The notes: generated by a model from the sequence alone, not told the origin. DNA of 64,000 bases from Octopus sinensis (GCF_006345805.1 NC_043007.1:74400001-74464000); one strand, 5' to 3'. Counted from the stretch's first letter, positions 1 to 13,221 are shown. Numbers and translations are program-made.

Positions 1-385
1 TGCCCCAGCATGGTCAAGAATCCAATAATACATTTTCTTCCTTGGACACTGACTTAAAATTCAAACTTTTAATCCCACCAAAATTTATCTAAAAACGATT
101 TTCTCCCTTACAGTAACTGGCCATAAGGCACATCACATGTTCAAAATAATCCTTTCTACTATAGGCACAAGACCTGAGATTTTTTGTGGGGAAAGAAGCT
201 AAGTCAATTATATCAGCCCCAGTGCACAACTGGTACTTATTACACTGACTTTGAAAGGATTTAAAGCAAAATTGACTTTGACAGAGTTTGAACTCAAAAT
301 GTTGAAACGGTCAAAATACTGTTTAAGCATTTTGTCCGGCATGCTAACAATTTTGCCAGCTCACCACCTTACATGATAAAATGTT

Positions 386-792
386 TACTCTCTTTCTCTC
401 TTTTACTCTTTTAGTTGTTTCAGTCATTTGACTGCGGCCATGCTGGAGCACCGCCTTTAGTCGAGCAACTCGACCCCGGGACTTATTCTTTGTAAGCCCA
501 GTACTTATTCTATCTATCTCTTTTGCCGAACCGCTAAGTGACGGGGATGTAAACACACCAGCATCGGTTGTCAAGCAATGCTGGGGGTACAAACACAGAC
601 ACACAAACATATATACATATACATATATATGACAGGCTTCTTTCAGTTTCCGTCTACCAAATCCACTCACAAGGCATTGGTCGGCCCGGGGCTATAGCAG
701 AAGACACTTGCCCAAGATGCCATGCAGTGGGACTGAACCCGGAACCATGTGGTTGGTTAGCAAGCTACTTACCACACAGCTACTCCTGCGCC
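386..792 (-). mobile_element. tRNA-derived CORE-like SINE (family A), young full-length copy
   Basis: A box TGGCTGTGTGGTAAG-like, B box GGGTTCAGTCCC, CORE-like CTTGGGCAAGT, internal AT/GT microsatellite and a (AAAGAGT)-type tail. Nearly identical to 9688-10068, 26054-26459 and 60645-61040. Confidence 0.92.
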
Positions 793-1662
793 AGTTTAGG
801 ATATAATTCAGAAAGAAGTCCTCCCTTACCTTCTCGAGCAAAACTGAAAAAAAATTTAGTTTAAGTCTTTTACATTAACACAAACTTAATTTAGAGAGTC
901 AAGACTATTGAAAAGGTTGCAAGATGCAACGAAAATTTTAAGAAAATAAAAATAAGAAGTAAGTGGAAATTTTACCGGTGAGTGTGTTACATTATAAGGC
1001 ACAAGAAGAAAATGACTCTCTCCAGACACAACTTAATTTACATTTTCGGTGTAAAGTTACAATGATAAAGAGTGGAATTTTAGTATTTAAGACAATATCA
1101 TTTTTATTTTAACAATGTAGCTTTAAAAAATATATATGTGCAGGTGTGGTTTTGTGGTAAGAAGTTTGCTTCTCAGTTCCAGGTTCAATCCCACTGTGTG
1201 GCACTTAGTGGCAGGTGTCTTATGCGATAGCCTTGGGTTGATCAAGGCCTTCCATAATAATGAAATAATTGGTAGACAGAAACTTTTAGAAGCCTGTCAT
1301 GTGTGTGTGTGTGTGTATATATATATATTCTTTTATTCTTTTACTGGAGCACCGCCTTTAGTCGAGCAAATCGACCCCAGAACTTTTCTTTGTAAGCTTA
1401 GTACTTATTCTATCAGTCTCTTTTGTCAAACCACTAAGTTACGGGGATGTAAAAACACCTGCATCAGTTGTCAGGTGATGTTGGTGGGAGAAAAACACAC
1501 ATGTGTGTATGTATATATATATACATTATCAGCTGTAGAAACACTGCCAGATCTGACTGGCCTGGTGCAGCCTTCGGGCTCCCCAGACCTCAGTTGAACC
1601 GTCCAACCCATGCTAGCATGGAAAGCGGACGTTAAATGATGATGATGATGATGATGATGATG

Positions 1663-1699
<37 letters not shown>

Positions 1700-2453
1700 A
1701 TATATATATACACGATGGGCTTCTTTCAGTTTCCTTCTACCACATCCACTCTCAAGGCTATTGTAGAAGGCACTTGTCTAAGGTGCCACACAGTGGGACT
1801 GAACCCAGAACTATGTGGTTGGTAAGCAAGCTACTTAGCATACAGCCACTCCTGCGCCTATGAAATAATTGGTAGACAGAAACTTTTATATATATATATT
1901 ATATATATTGTATGTATGTATATTTATGTGTGCCTTGGTTTTTGTCCCCCCCCCCACCACTTGACAACTGATGTGAGTGTATTTATGTCTCTGTAACTTA
2001 ATGATTCAGTGAAATCAGGCTTCAAAAAGAAAAAAGAAAGAAAAATGTATTGGGGCCAATTTCTTTAACTAACATTCTTCAAGGTTGTACCCTAGCATGG
2101 CCGCAGTCTATTGACTGAAATAAGTAAAACAAAAGATATCTATTTTTGTTGATATCTCGACTAACACACAACTTATTGCTTGCAGCCAGCTATCAGGACA
2201 TATTGAAATCAACTATGTTTGAGGGTTTAATAATTATTCCTGACCTCATTCTTTTAATTGCCTTACATACTGGCATCTCATTAATTTCTATGGTTATCCT
2301 TTATTTATTTATTTATTTATTCATTTATTTATTTATTTCCTATCACAATTGGAGAACAAAAAAACCTCATTGGTCACAGGTTTTGATTGGACCACTCACT
2401 GATTTACTGCATTTCTGGGTGCAAAATAAACAGTGCAAATGATTTTGTTTTTG

Positions 2454-2484
<31 letters not shown>

Positions 2485-2511
2485 CGCACACGCACATGTG
2501 TGTATACATAC

Positions 2512-2730
2512 ACATGAGCGGGTACTGAGTAATTCCTGGATTTAAGGGTATCTCAGAAAGCCTGGTTGGAGACCCAACCTTCTGAGTTCTTTTACATGGC
2601 TTAGAAAAACTGAAGGACTGCTACAATAAGTAAATATGACAGGGGAATATGTATATGTTAACTAAAATCATAATTAGCTGATCTTCCTGTATTTTTTTAT
2701 ACTCAAAACGAAGAACTTTTCATCACCTCC
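2512..2730. mobile_element. Degenerate mariner-derived MITE
   Basis: The ends resemble a gagggggtgctgaaaagttcctgg-type TIR (left tgagcgggtactgagtaattcctgg, right gaacttttcatcacctcctc). The interior resembles a mariner 3' end. Boundaries approximate. Confidence 0.5.
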
Positions 2731-3380
2731 TCTTATATACGAACAGGCATGACTGTGTGGTTAAGAAACTTACTTTGCTAATATTTGGTTTCAGATTCAG
2801 TCCCACTGCATGGCACCTTTTCCAAGTTGTCTTTTCCTGTAGCGCCAGGTCAACCAATCCCTTGTGAGTGTGAATTTGATAGATGGAAACTGTGTGGAAG
2901 CCTATCATGTATGTGAGTGTTTGTGCATGTGTGCATTCATATGCATGTGTCTTTGTCTTTGCCCTTCCGAAAGACCTATAGAATAAGTACTGGGGTCAAT
3001 TTGTTCAGCTAAACTTATCAAGGTGATGCTGTAGCATGGCCGTTATTCAATTACTGAAACAAGTAAAAGATCCAAGATACTCCCACAATTTCTTTCTACC
3101 AAATTCCTTTCCCTAAGTATTGGTCAACCTGAAGAAATGGTAGAAGATGAATCTCCATAGTGCTGCACAATAGGATTGAAACTGGGACTTCATGTTTGGA
3201 AGCTAACTTCTAAACCAAAATCCTATTAGAATTGATATGGTGAATTTAAAATGTGTGACAATGTGTTATGTTTTTCCAGAACATTTGCTAATTTTTATTA
3301 ACGTCTATTGTTAAATGCAGAATTTAACAAAACATCATAAAATAAGTGCAGGCATGGCTGTGCAGTAAGAATCTTGCTTC

Positions 3381-3599
3381 TGGCAGAAATGTTAGCACAC
3401 TGGGCAAAATGCTTAGTGGTATTTCGTCTGTTTTTACGTTCTGAGTTCAAATTCCGCCGAGGTCGACTTTGCCTTTTATCCTTTCGGGGTTGATAAATTA
3501 AGTACCAGTTATGCACTGGGGTCGATGTAATCGACTTAATCCCTTTGTCTGTCCTTGTTTGTCCCCTCTATGTTTAGCCCTTTGTGGGCAATAAAGAAA
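3381..3599 (+). mobile_element. SINE family B inserted into a family A SINE
   Basis: 15-bp TSD taagaatcttgcttc (3366-3380, 3600-3614); family A sequence resumes on both sides. Confidence 0.93.
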
Positions 3600-3801
3600 T
3601 AAGAATCTTGCTTCCGGCCCATGTGGTCTTGGGATCAGTCCCACTTCAAATGTCTTCAGCTTCACCTCGGGCTGACCAAAGCCTTGTGAGTGGATTTGGG
3701 AGATGGAAAATGAAAGAGACACATTGTGTGTGTGTTGTGTGATATACTGTCTTGATACTATGTGAAGGTTGTAAGCAAGTGTCACTGTCATGCATACAGT
3801 G

Positions 3802-4075
3802 TCCTTCATTTCCATGCAAATGATCTTATGGTCTGTAATACTAACTTCAGGAAACCTACCAGTCACCTATTCACCTACTGGCCTGGTGGAGACACTAGTC
3901 AGATTGACTACATCTTCACCAGGAAACGGGAAAGATGGCTACTTATAAATACTAAAACCTTCCCAGGTGAAGAATGCACCCCACAACATAGTTTAGTAGT
4001 TAGTGACTTCAGGATCAGGGCTAAATGGATGCCTAGAAGATGACCAGCATGAAAAAGAAGGGTCTGGAAGCTTGA
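3802..4075 (+). mobile_element. RTE LINE apurinic endonuclease fragment
   Basis: ORF 3762-4043 contains NTNFRKPTSHLFTY, SQIDYIF and PGEECTPQHSLVVSDF, typical of the AP-endonuclease C-terminus. Confidence 0.85.
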
Positions 4076-5829
4076 GGGGAGCTAATATTCAATTGGGTAT
4101 GCAACAAAATTTTGATATAGAAGAATTGTGCACATCACTAGATCATCAGTTGAGAAGACCTGTTGAACGAAGTGAAATCATTGTTGTGGCTGATGCCAGT
4201 ACTGCCGCCTGACTGGCCCCCTTACTGGTGGCACATAAAAAGCACCATTCGAGTGTGTTCGATGCCAGTGATGTCTGACTGGCTTTGATGCTGATGGCAT
4301 GTAAAAAGCACCATTTGAGCGTGGTTGTTGCCATTTCTGCACCCATTATGCTCTCGGAGTGGTTGGTGTTAGGAAGGCCATGTAGAAACCTTGCCAGATC
4401 AGATTGATGATGATACTTCTTATAATGGGGAAATATTACCTTATTTGGAAACAGATGAGAGTTGGCAACAGGAGGGGCATCTAGTCATAGAAAATCTGCC
4501 TCAAGAAATTCCAGCCAACCTATGCAAGCATGGAAAACTTGAGGTTAAGTTGATGATGATTTGTTTGACAGTTACAATAAATAATAAACGAATAATGTGA
4601 ACAAATAAACTCTTCAAGATGAATTTGTGACTGTTTAATGCAAGCTAGGAATTGGATATCCGGTTTTCTGGGTGAGTCATAAAGTAAGGCAATTTTATTT
4701 GCATTACTTTCCGGCTCACCCTTGTATTAATTGGTCTTTTATAGGAATATCTATCATTTGAGAGTTATGTGCAACACAAATGAATGTGTTGATTCACAGC
4801 TCTACACTCTGCCAAAATAATACAGTAATTACTCTTTTACTCTTTTATTTGCTTCAGTCATGCTGGAGCACCGCCTTTAAATTGATGTCATTGTTCACAT
4901 AGACAAGTATTCAAACATGTTTTTCTTTAGATATTTGACTGGGATAGTTTTGAAATACAACTTTAGATCATTATTTTCTGAAAAGCTCAATAAATTCCAA
5001 TCAATCCATTACTAACCAGGTTATTTTTATCCCAAGGTCAGTCCTGATTGAGAAGACTAATCAGAGACATTCAACTATGATTGTCCCATTTTTATTTATC
5101 CTTTTGCCTCACCAAATCATTTTCATAAGATTCTCCTAAATACCCACAATTGTTGTCAAAGTTTTAGTTAGGCCTTATTTTATATGTTCCAAGTAATATA
5201 AAGCTTTCCTTTCATATGTCCCAAGTGGCTCTAGTGGTTGAAAAAATTGTGAGGAGTGTGTACCACATATGATGCATGGATGGCAGCAAAATGTGTTCAG
5301 TGTATCACACAGGACTGGTAAAGGATTAAGAAACAACATCTCCTGAATTAACCCCGATAAATGTTTCCTTCTTTAATATCACACAGTCTCTTAAGGCAGT
5401 AAGCTGGCAGAATTGTTAGCACTCCAGGTAAAAAGCTTAGCAGTATTTCATCCATCTTTACATTCTGGGTTCACATTTACCTTTCATCCTTTCAAGGCCG
5501 ATAAAATAAGTACCAGCTGAGCACTGGGGTAAGTGCAATCAACTTACCCCCTCTCCCCAAATTGCTGGCCTTGTGCCAAAATTTGAAACCAGTGTCACTG
5601 GGTGTGATTTGAAGGAAATTTGGTTGTTATTTCTAGCAGCTTGCATGTTTACATAGAGGCTTCCTTTTAGTTTGTAAACTCATCAAGATATCAATAAGGT
5701 GTAGTTGAAAAGCTAGTTTCTGTGTGAGAACTGGTTTCTCAAAATATACTAACTTTTCAATCAAGAACTCCAGACTAACAGTGCTGTCTTTCATTTCCTA
5801 TTTATATAATGATTTGATTGTATTGTTTA

Positions 5830-5857
5830 TTAATTATCTTCTCCGTTCTAGGTAAGT
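5830..5857 (+). other. Candidate recursive (zero-length exon) splice site, TAG|GTAAGT
   Basis: TTAAT branch-like motif at 5830-5834 and pyrimidine tract tatcttctccgttc, then TAG (5849-5851) abutting a perfect GTAAGT (5852-5857). There is no other AG in the preceding ~68 nt. Confidence 0.5.
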
Positions 5858-6218
5858 ATTCACCTGAAACATTTTATAAAGCAAAGAGAATTTTGAAATA
5901 TCCATTTACCTCACAACTCTTGAAAAGTTTTGAGTTTCAGTCACATATGTATGTATATTGATTTAACTTCGTTTACTTTTCAAATGAAAAACAACAATTA
6001 GATTGTTTTATATTGATATTGCATCACACAAAAATACATTATTTGAGTAGAAATGTTGTTTTTGGTATTTCACACGGCTGATTAAGTTTCTCAAAACATG
6101 TTTTGACTAGTGTGACATAAATATTTGTCCTTGTGGTAACTAGCTCACTTCAGGTATTCACACATGAGAGATTCACATTGAGATTCAAGACAAAACACAT
6201 TAGCATACAAGTATATAT

Positions 6219-8070
6219 ATCATCATCATGATCATTTAACATCTGTTGTCCATGCTGACATGGGTTGAACGGTTTGACTGGGCTGGCATGCTGGAAGGCT
6301 GTGCCAAGATCCAGTCAGATTTGGCATGGTTTTCTATGGTTGGATGCCCTTCCTAACACCACCCACTCTGAGAGTGTAATGGATGCTTTTACGTGCCATT
6401 TACATGACACCAGTGTCTGCCATGACTGCGATTTTGCTCAGCTTGATGGGTCTTCTCAAGCATGACATAATGCCAAAGGTCTTGGCCATTGCCTCCGTGA
6501 AGCCCAACACTAGAAATGAACTTGGCCACTTTGCCTCCATGAGGTCCAATGCTTGAAAGGAACTCAGCCACCTCGCCTCTGTGAGGCCCATTCAAAAGGA
6601 ACTCAGCCACCTTGCTTCTGTGCTAACACTTCAAAAAAAATCAGCCACTTTGCCTCCATGAGGCCCAATGCTCGAAAGAACTCAGTCATTTTGCCTCCGT
6701 TGGGCCCGATGCTCAAAAGGTACTCAGCCACTTTGCCTCCATGGGGCCCAATATTGAAAGGTTGATTTTACTCTTTATATGCCACCAGCACAGGTGCACT
6801 TGGCTTGATGGGTTCCCATAAGTAGAGCATATTGTCAAAGGTCTCGGTCACTAGTCATTGCCTCAAAGTTCAAAGATCATGCTTCACTGCCTCATCCCAT
6901 GACTTCCTGGGTCTACCTCTACCACAGGTCCCTCACAGTTAAAGATTGGTACTTCTTTACACAACTGACCTTGTCCATATGCATCACATGACCATACCAG
7001 TGCAGTCTCTCTTGCACACCACATCTGGTTCCTCTTATGCCTAACTTTTCTGTCATAGCCCCATGTTTCACTGCCATGCAGCATAGCTGTTTGCACACAG
7101 GCATCAATCTGCTTTTCACTCTTAGAAAGAGGCCCTTTGTTGCTAGCAGGGGTAGGAACTCTCTGAACTTTGCCCAGCCTAATCTTATTCTCACAGCTAT
7201 GCTCTCGGAACAACCATCTCCACTACTAACCTGGTCAGCTAGATACTGGAAGCTATCTACTACCTCTGACTTGCCCCCCCCCCCCGGTAGTTGATGGAAT
7301 CTATTTTCCACACTTGTTCAGCATTTATTATGCCTGTGCATGTTCCACATATAAAAGTTAGTTTTTCTGCTAAACTTCCTTTGATGTTGCTGCATCTTTT
7401 GTGTGTCCAAAGCTTACAAAGGGTGCATCTTATGGAGTTTCTACCTACACCTTTTCTACAGATTGACCAGGACCATCTACCTGAGGGGATTTGTGATTTG
7501 TCTGCCTTCCTACTTACTATGACTTTGGTTTTTGCTAGGTTAACTCTAAGGCCCTTTGATTCTAGACCTTGTTTCCATACCTGGAACTTCTCTTGTGATT
7601 CAGCTATAAGAGCAAGGTCATCAGCATAGAGGATTTCTCAGGGGCAGCCTGTCTTGAATTCCTCCGCTATTGCCTGGAGGACTATGATGAACAAGAAGGG
7701 GCTGAACACCAATCCTCTACTTGTACCTCGAATTCTTTGCTGTACTCATTGCCCACCCTCATCTTACTGGTAGCGTCCTTGTACAAGGTTTTTACAGCTC
7801 TCACCAACCACTCGTCTATCCCTAGTATCTGCATTGACCATTGGATAATGGATCAGAGGACTCTGTCAAAAGCTTTCTCCAAGTCAATAAATGCCAGGTG
7901 CAGAGGTTTATCTTTGGCTAGGTATTTTTCATGCAGTTGCCTTACCAGAAATATAGCATCAGTGGTGCTTCTACCTGGCACAAACTCAAACTGTATCTCA
8001 TCTAGTCTAACTCTTTCCTTGGTTAGTTGGGCTATAACTCTCTCTGCAACTTTCAGCACATGGCCACAGT
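6219..8070 (-). mobile_element. 5'-truncated RTE-clade LINE (RT domain to 3' tail), decayed
   Basis: RT motifs QFEFVPGRSTTDAIF and AFIDLEKAFDRV (ORF 7853-8086). YADD lies at 7617-7628 in SPFLFIIVLQAIAEEFKTGCP*EILYADDLALIAES. Post-RT FQYLADQVSS...LRWYGHVMHM-like region and a (GAT)n tail near 6219-6235. Confidence 0.92.
6484..6770. repeat. Minisatellite, ~41-bp unit x7
   Basis: Units similar to cagccactttgcctccatgaggcccaatgctcgaaaggaact start at about 6485, 6523, 6564, 6604, 6642, 6683 and 6725. Confidence 0.88.
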
Positions 8071-9687
8071 CTAATGACTGAAACAAGTAGAAGAAACCAT
8101 TTACAGTTCACTTCTCTCTACTTGTGTGGATCTTGAACAGTCAATGTCCATATCTCACTTATCATTTGGTTTCTCGTGGTCTTCTCTTCCCCTCCAGAAT
8201 GCCAGTACTTTTCTGTGATTATAAAAGTCCATTCATAACATACATATACACAGAAAAAGTCATACCTGCATGGATTAATCCAAAGTAGTTTATATGATAA
8301 ATATCACTTTACCATATCACTTGTAATAAATCAGTGTTGGCTATACTTTCACCATAACATTTCATATTCGAGTCTGTTTAATGTAAACAACAAGATAGAA
8401 GATGAAAAATGGGCAGTGGGTGCGTATGCCATATTACAGGAGTTCTTGCTCCTTCATCAGCACCCATCCAACCCATTAACCATCTACGAACTCATTGCTT
8501 AAATAGCCATTAAATGTAGCAGTGTAACATTATTGGATACACCAGTTTTATGTGTTAAACACATTCCTAGAAGCTGGTACATAAATATTAATGACTTGTG
8601 GGGACACCATATTTCGTTATGCAACCATAATATACTACAATGTATATTAGCACTTTTATAAGTCAGTACTCTGTTCTACTGTGTTAGTGCTATTAAATCA
8701 CTTGTTAAGGTTAGCTCTACAGGTCTTCTATAGAAATTCTCTATAGAAAATACAGCCAACACTGATTTGTTACATTTCGTATCTGAGTATGCCTAATGTA
8801 AACATCAATGAGATCAGAAAATGAAAAATGGGTAAATGAGCAATATCAATATTCACGTAGCAGCTGCCAGGAATGGCAAGTCATCAATACTTTATCATAT
8901 TTTACGAGGTTGTTCTCTGTTCTCTTTTATCTTTAATTTGTTTTTGTCATTGGACAGCAGCCATTTTTTGGGTAATGCCTCGAAGGATTTAGTTGAGCAA
9001 ATTGACTCCTGTTTTTATATTCTTAAAGCTTGATACTTACTCTATCAATCTCTTTTGCTGAACTTCTAAGTTACAAGGGTGTAAACAAACCAACATGGGT
9101 TGTCTTGCAGTGGTGGGGGTTATAAGCACAAAGACATATGCACATCACACACATACACACACACGCCATCATCATCATTTAATGTCTCTCTTCTATGCTG
9201 GCATGGGTTGTTGGCTTCCATATAGTTTCCATCTAAGGTCACTCAAGGCATTGGCTGTTCTTTGGTTATAGTAGAAGGTGTCATGTAGTGGGACTGAACC
9301 CAAAACCATGTGGTTGTAAAGTTTTTGGGGAGAGGTGGCAAATTAGTTACATCCCACTACTTGACTTGTATTTTATTTTATCCAGCCCCACCCCCACAAA
9401 AAAAACAAATAAAAAACAAAATTAAAGTTGACCTCACTGGAGTTTGAACTCAAAATGTGAAGGACCATATGCAAGACATTTTTAGTTGATGCTTTAATGA
9501 GTCTGTTAATCACCACACTGTATCTTAACACTACAGTGCAGGTGTAACTGTTTGTGGTTAAGAAGTTTGCTTCCCCTACCACATGGTTTCAGGTTCAAAC
9601 CCATTGTGTGTCAGCTTTGGCAAGTGTCTTCTATCTAATCACAGGGCTGACCAAAGCCTTGGGAGTGGATTTGGTAATGAAGAAACC

Positions 9688-10068
9688 CAGGAGTGGCTGT
9701 GTGGTAAGTAGCTTGCTAACCAACCACATGGTTCCGGGTTCAGTCCCACTGCGTGGCATCTTGGGCAAGTGTCTTCTGCTATAGCCCTGGGCCGACCAAT
9801 GCCTTGTGAATGGATTTGGTAGACGGCAACTGAAAGAGACTCGTCGTATATATATATATATGTATGTGTGTGTCTGTGTTTGTCCCCCTAGCATTGCTTG
9901 ACAACCGATGCTGGTGTGTTTATGTCCCCGTCACTTAGCGGTTCGGCAAAAGAGACAGATAGAATAAGTACTAGGCTTACAAAGAATATGTCCCGGGGTC
10001 AATTTGCTCGACTAAAGGCGGTGCTCCAGCATGGCTGCAGTCAAATGACTGAAACAAGTAAAAGAGTA
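9688..10068 (+). mobile_element. SINE family A, young copy inserted after an older partial copy (~9540-9687)
   Basis: Same sequence as 386-792 in the opposite orientation. Confidence 0.92.
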
Positions 10069-10074
10069 ATATAT

Positions 10075-10124
<50 letters not shown>
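10068..10124. repeat. (AT)n microsatellite; many other (AT)n, (CA)n, (ATT)n, (GAT)n and (GTA)n tracts occur, e.g. 1636-1710, 18826-18899, 19430-19455, 41925-41978
   Basis: Read directly from the sequence. Most are tails or internal tracts of SINEs and LINEs. Confidence 0.97.
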
Positions 10125-10125
<1 letters not shown>

Positions 10126-11948
10126 TAGCAGAAGGACCCAGTTTCACTCGGGTTATAAACTCTTAGCCATAACACAGTAATGTTTGCTTGTAGTATAAGA
10201 TTAGTGTATTTTTCAGAAAGTAATACTTTTAATACTCTAGAACACAGGTTCCAAAATGAAATAGAAGCATTATGTTTCTCCCATGAAATGTTGTGCTCAG
10301 GAGATTTGCTTGTGATTACAGTGGGAAATTTAGACATTGAGGGAATGCTGTGAAGATGTGTAGTTTGAGTTTGTGGAAACTTGTAGTGAAATTATATATT
10401 ATCTACACACACAAACCCCCACACATACACTTGTGTGTTTGTTTTCATGTTAAGCTATAATTAAACAATTTTACATTAAACTGAAAGATTTCTGAATGGT
10501 TTTTGTAGAGTACATATTTATTATACACTTATGTATTTTTGCAAAATTCTTGATGTGAAAATCTGTGTTGAAACAGATATTGTTATATTTGGGATTTTTG
10601 CCAATTAAACACACTAGCAGAAAGACTGCCCTCTGGGTGGTTTTCTGCAAGTCAAACTTGGAATGTGTGTGTGTGTGTGAGGAGGAGAGAGAACATTGCA
10701 AACAATGAATGAAATAAACATGAAATGAAAATTTCATATAAATAAAAACTCGTGTAAAATTATTGACGTTCTTTTGTTTGAGCTCTCAGAAATACCAAAA
10801 TGAACAGCTGGTTTTGTTTGTTAATTTCTGTATAATTTTTTTGTTTATCTACTTTTGTTTGAAAGTGAAAGAGAGAAGGAAGTGAAAGATGTATGTGTAT
10901 ATGAAATGAATGTGTGTATGTGTGCGAGAGAGAGGGAGTGCCAGACATCACTCTCTCTCTCTGTCTGACTCACACACATGCACATTTATATACAAAAAAT
11001 GTATGCATATGTATGTACATATACATGATAACATACCCCTTCACTATCTCACTCTCTCTCTCTCACACACACACACGCAAACACAAATGTATACAAACAT
11101 ACATGCAAAAACGTGTGTGCATGTGACTGCAAATACATAGAGCTGAACATGTTGCACAAAAAGTAAATAAATTTTTATGAAAATTAACGAAGTGTGAGGG
11201 ATCAAGCGAAAGAATGCCAAACTATCTTGTACCGAACATTTAAATTTGTGAACTTGAAATATTCAATAATAAAAGGAAATTCAGAAAATAAATTTTCCTG
11301 AAAACTTCAATTTATAAAAAATCTCTCTCAATAAATATTTCTTTCAGTAATTTATCATAGTTGTAATAAATCTGTAATTTAAACAAACTTCAAGGTTTAG
11401 TGTGCTAGAGACAGCAGTGATCACATAGTTATTATTGTAAGGTTTATAGCTTTCCAAAAAGCCATACCAGCAAAATTACTTCTTAATTTTGTTTTTAAAG
11501 AATTATATCAGTATATTAAAAAAAATTAATTTTATTGAAAATAAGCCTGAAGGTTATACAGCTATTTTGTCTTATAACATTCATTCAATAAATAATTTTT
11601 TACATTACATATATATAATAAACTGTAGGTTTTGCAAATAATGAATTAAAACTTGAAATGAATATATATTAAATTATTAATGAAAATAGAGGTGTGAGAG
11701 AGTGAGTGATTGTTGCAAATGAAAATGCAAAATTTCACCAGCATCGAATTAATATTGTTTATAAAATCTACTCAGCAGTGAATGCCATGAATATTTAAAT
11801 TTGTAGTTCAAATATTCAATGAACTTGAGGAATCGAAATTACAGGAAATTTCTTGGAACATGAATTTATAAAAAAAATTTCCAGTGAAGCCTTTAATAAT
11901 TGCTTTCTTTTAGTAACTGTTACATACCTTTCTCCATTATAATATAGA
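10125..11948 (-). mobile_element. Non-autonomous Helitron (~1.8 kb)
   Basis: On the minus strand the 5' end is A|TCTATATTATAATGG (11948) and the 3' end is hairpin acccgag-tgaaa-ct-gggt followed ~7 nt later by CTAG|T (10125). It is inserted between A and T with no TSD and contains internal CA/GA microsatellites. Confidence 0.75.
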
Positions 11949-12824
11949 TACACTATTTATTTTATCTTCATTTCAGCCTTATTAAGTATTATTTGTAGTG
12001 TATTTCACAAATAAACTGAAAATAGTAATCCTTTCTACAAGGCCTGAAAATTTGGTGGAGGGGGGTAGTCGATTACACCGACCCCAGTGCTCAACTGATG
12101 CTTATTTTGTTGACTCCGATAGGGATGAAAGGCAAAGTTGACCTTGGTGGGATTTAAACACTGAAGATAAAGACGGACGAAATGCCGTTAAGCATTTTGC
12201 TTGGCATGCTAACGATTCTGCACGCCTGGCAAAACTAAAGTGAAGATCAAATAAATAGTGCATCTGTTTAATTGGCAAAAGATGACCATCTCCAAATATA
12301 ACAATATTTATTATACTTTTACAAGAAGAGTGGTGACAGTAACTTTGAAGTTTTGGCCTGCTAGAATTCATTGTCTGTCTGATAAATGCTATAATTAACA
12401 TATAAATAAACTATTGATGTCATCAGTAGTTTACAATTACAGTCTTTGTTTTTGTTTTCTTAATTTTGGTATTAAGTTTGGTCTTACTAATGTGTTGCCT
12501 GGTATCTTTCTGAGAGTTTGATCAAGTGTTTGGACACAATGCAGTTCTATAATTATGTTATGATGTATCCAATACTATTATTATTATTATTAAGGTGGCG
12601 AGCTGGCAGAATCATTAGCATGCCAGATGAAATGCTTAGCGGTATTTTGTCTGTCTTCACATTCTGAGTTGAAATGCTGCTAGGGTTGACTTTGCTTTTC
12701 ATCCTTTTGGGGTCGATAAATCAAGTACCATTTACACACTGGGGTCAATGAAATTGACTGGTCCCCTCCCCAAAATTTGAGGCCTTGTGCCTATAGTAGA
12801 GAAGATTATTATTATTATTATTGT

Positions 12825-13150
12825 TATTATTGTTGAGTGAAAGAGCAGCGCATGCCATCAAAGTAACACTAGAGTACAAATATACAAAGCCCAATACGCC
12901 CATCATGAGTACCTATCCGATAAAGACACACCAGGCACATACTTCACAATCATATGTGCGTGATTTTGTAATCTCATATCCAGATAAAAAGCACATGACC
13001 TTGCAGGTGGGCCCCAGTTAAAATTTTCTTCAGGTCTAGTAGCCCATTCCACTCATATGGTCCCTGAATAAGAGTTGTTAAAGCATGATGAGCAAAACAC
13101 TCATGTTTCCAGAGGTGAATTATTCAAACGCAATTACCTTCATGTCTAGT
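12825..13150 (-). repeat. Unclassified interspersed retroelement 3' tail ending in (AAT)n
   Basis: I recognise the sequence as a common octopus repeat. It abuts an (AAT)n tail at ~12810-12835. No coding motif is visible. Confidence 0.4.
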
Positions 13151-13189
13151 TACGTCAATCTTCATATATTATTGTTGTTGTTATTATTG

Positions 13190-13221
<32 letters not shown>

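Noticed and set aside
1471-1863. ORFs with poly-His, poly-Met or IY repeats (also poly-Asn at 41825-42007)
   Set aside because: These are translations of (CAT/GAT)n, (AT)n and (AAT)n microsatellites.
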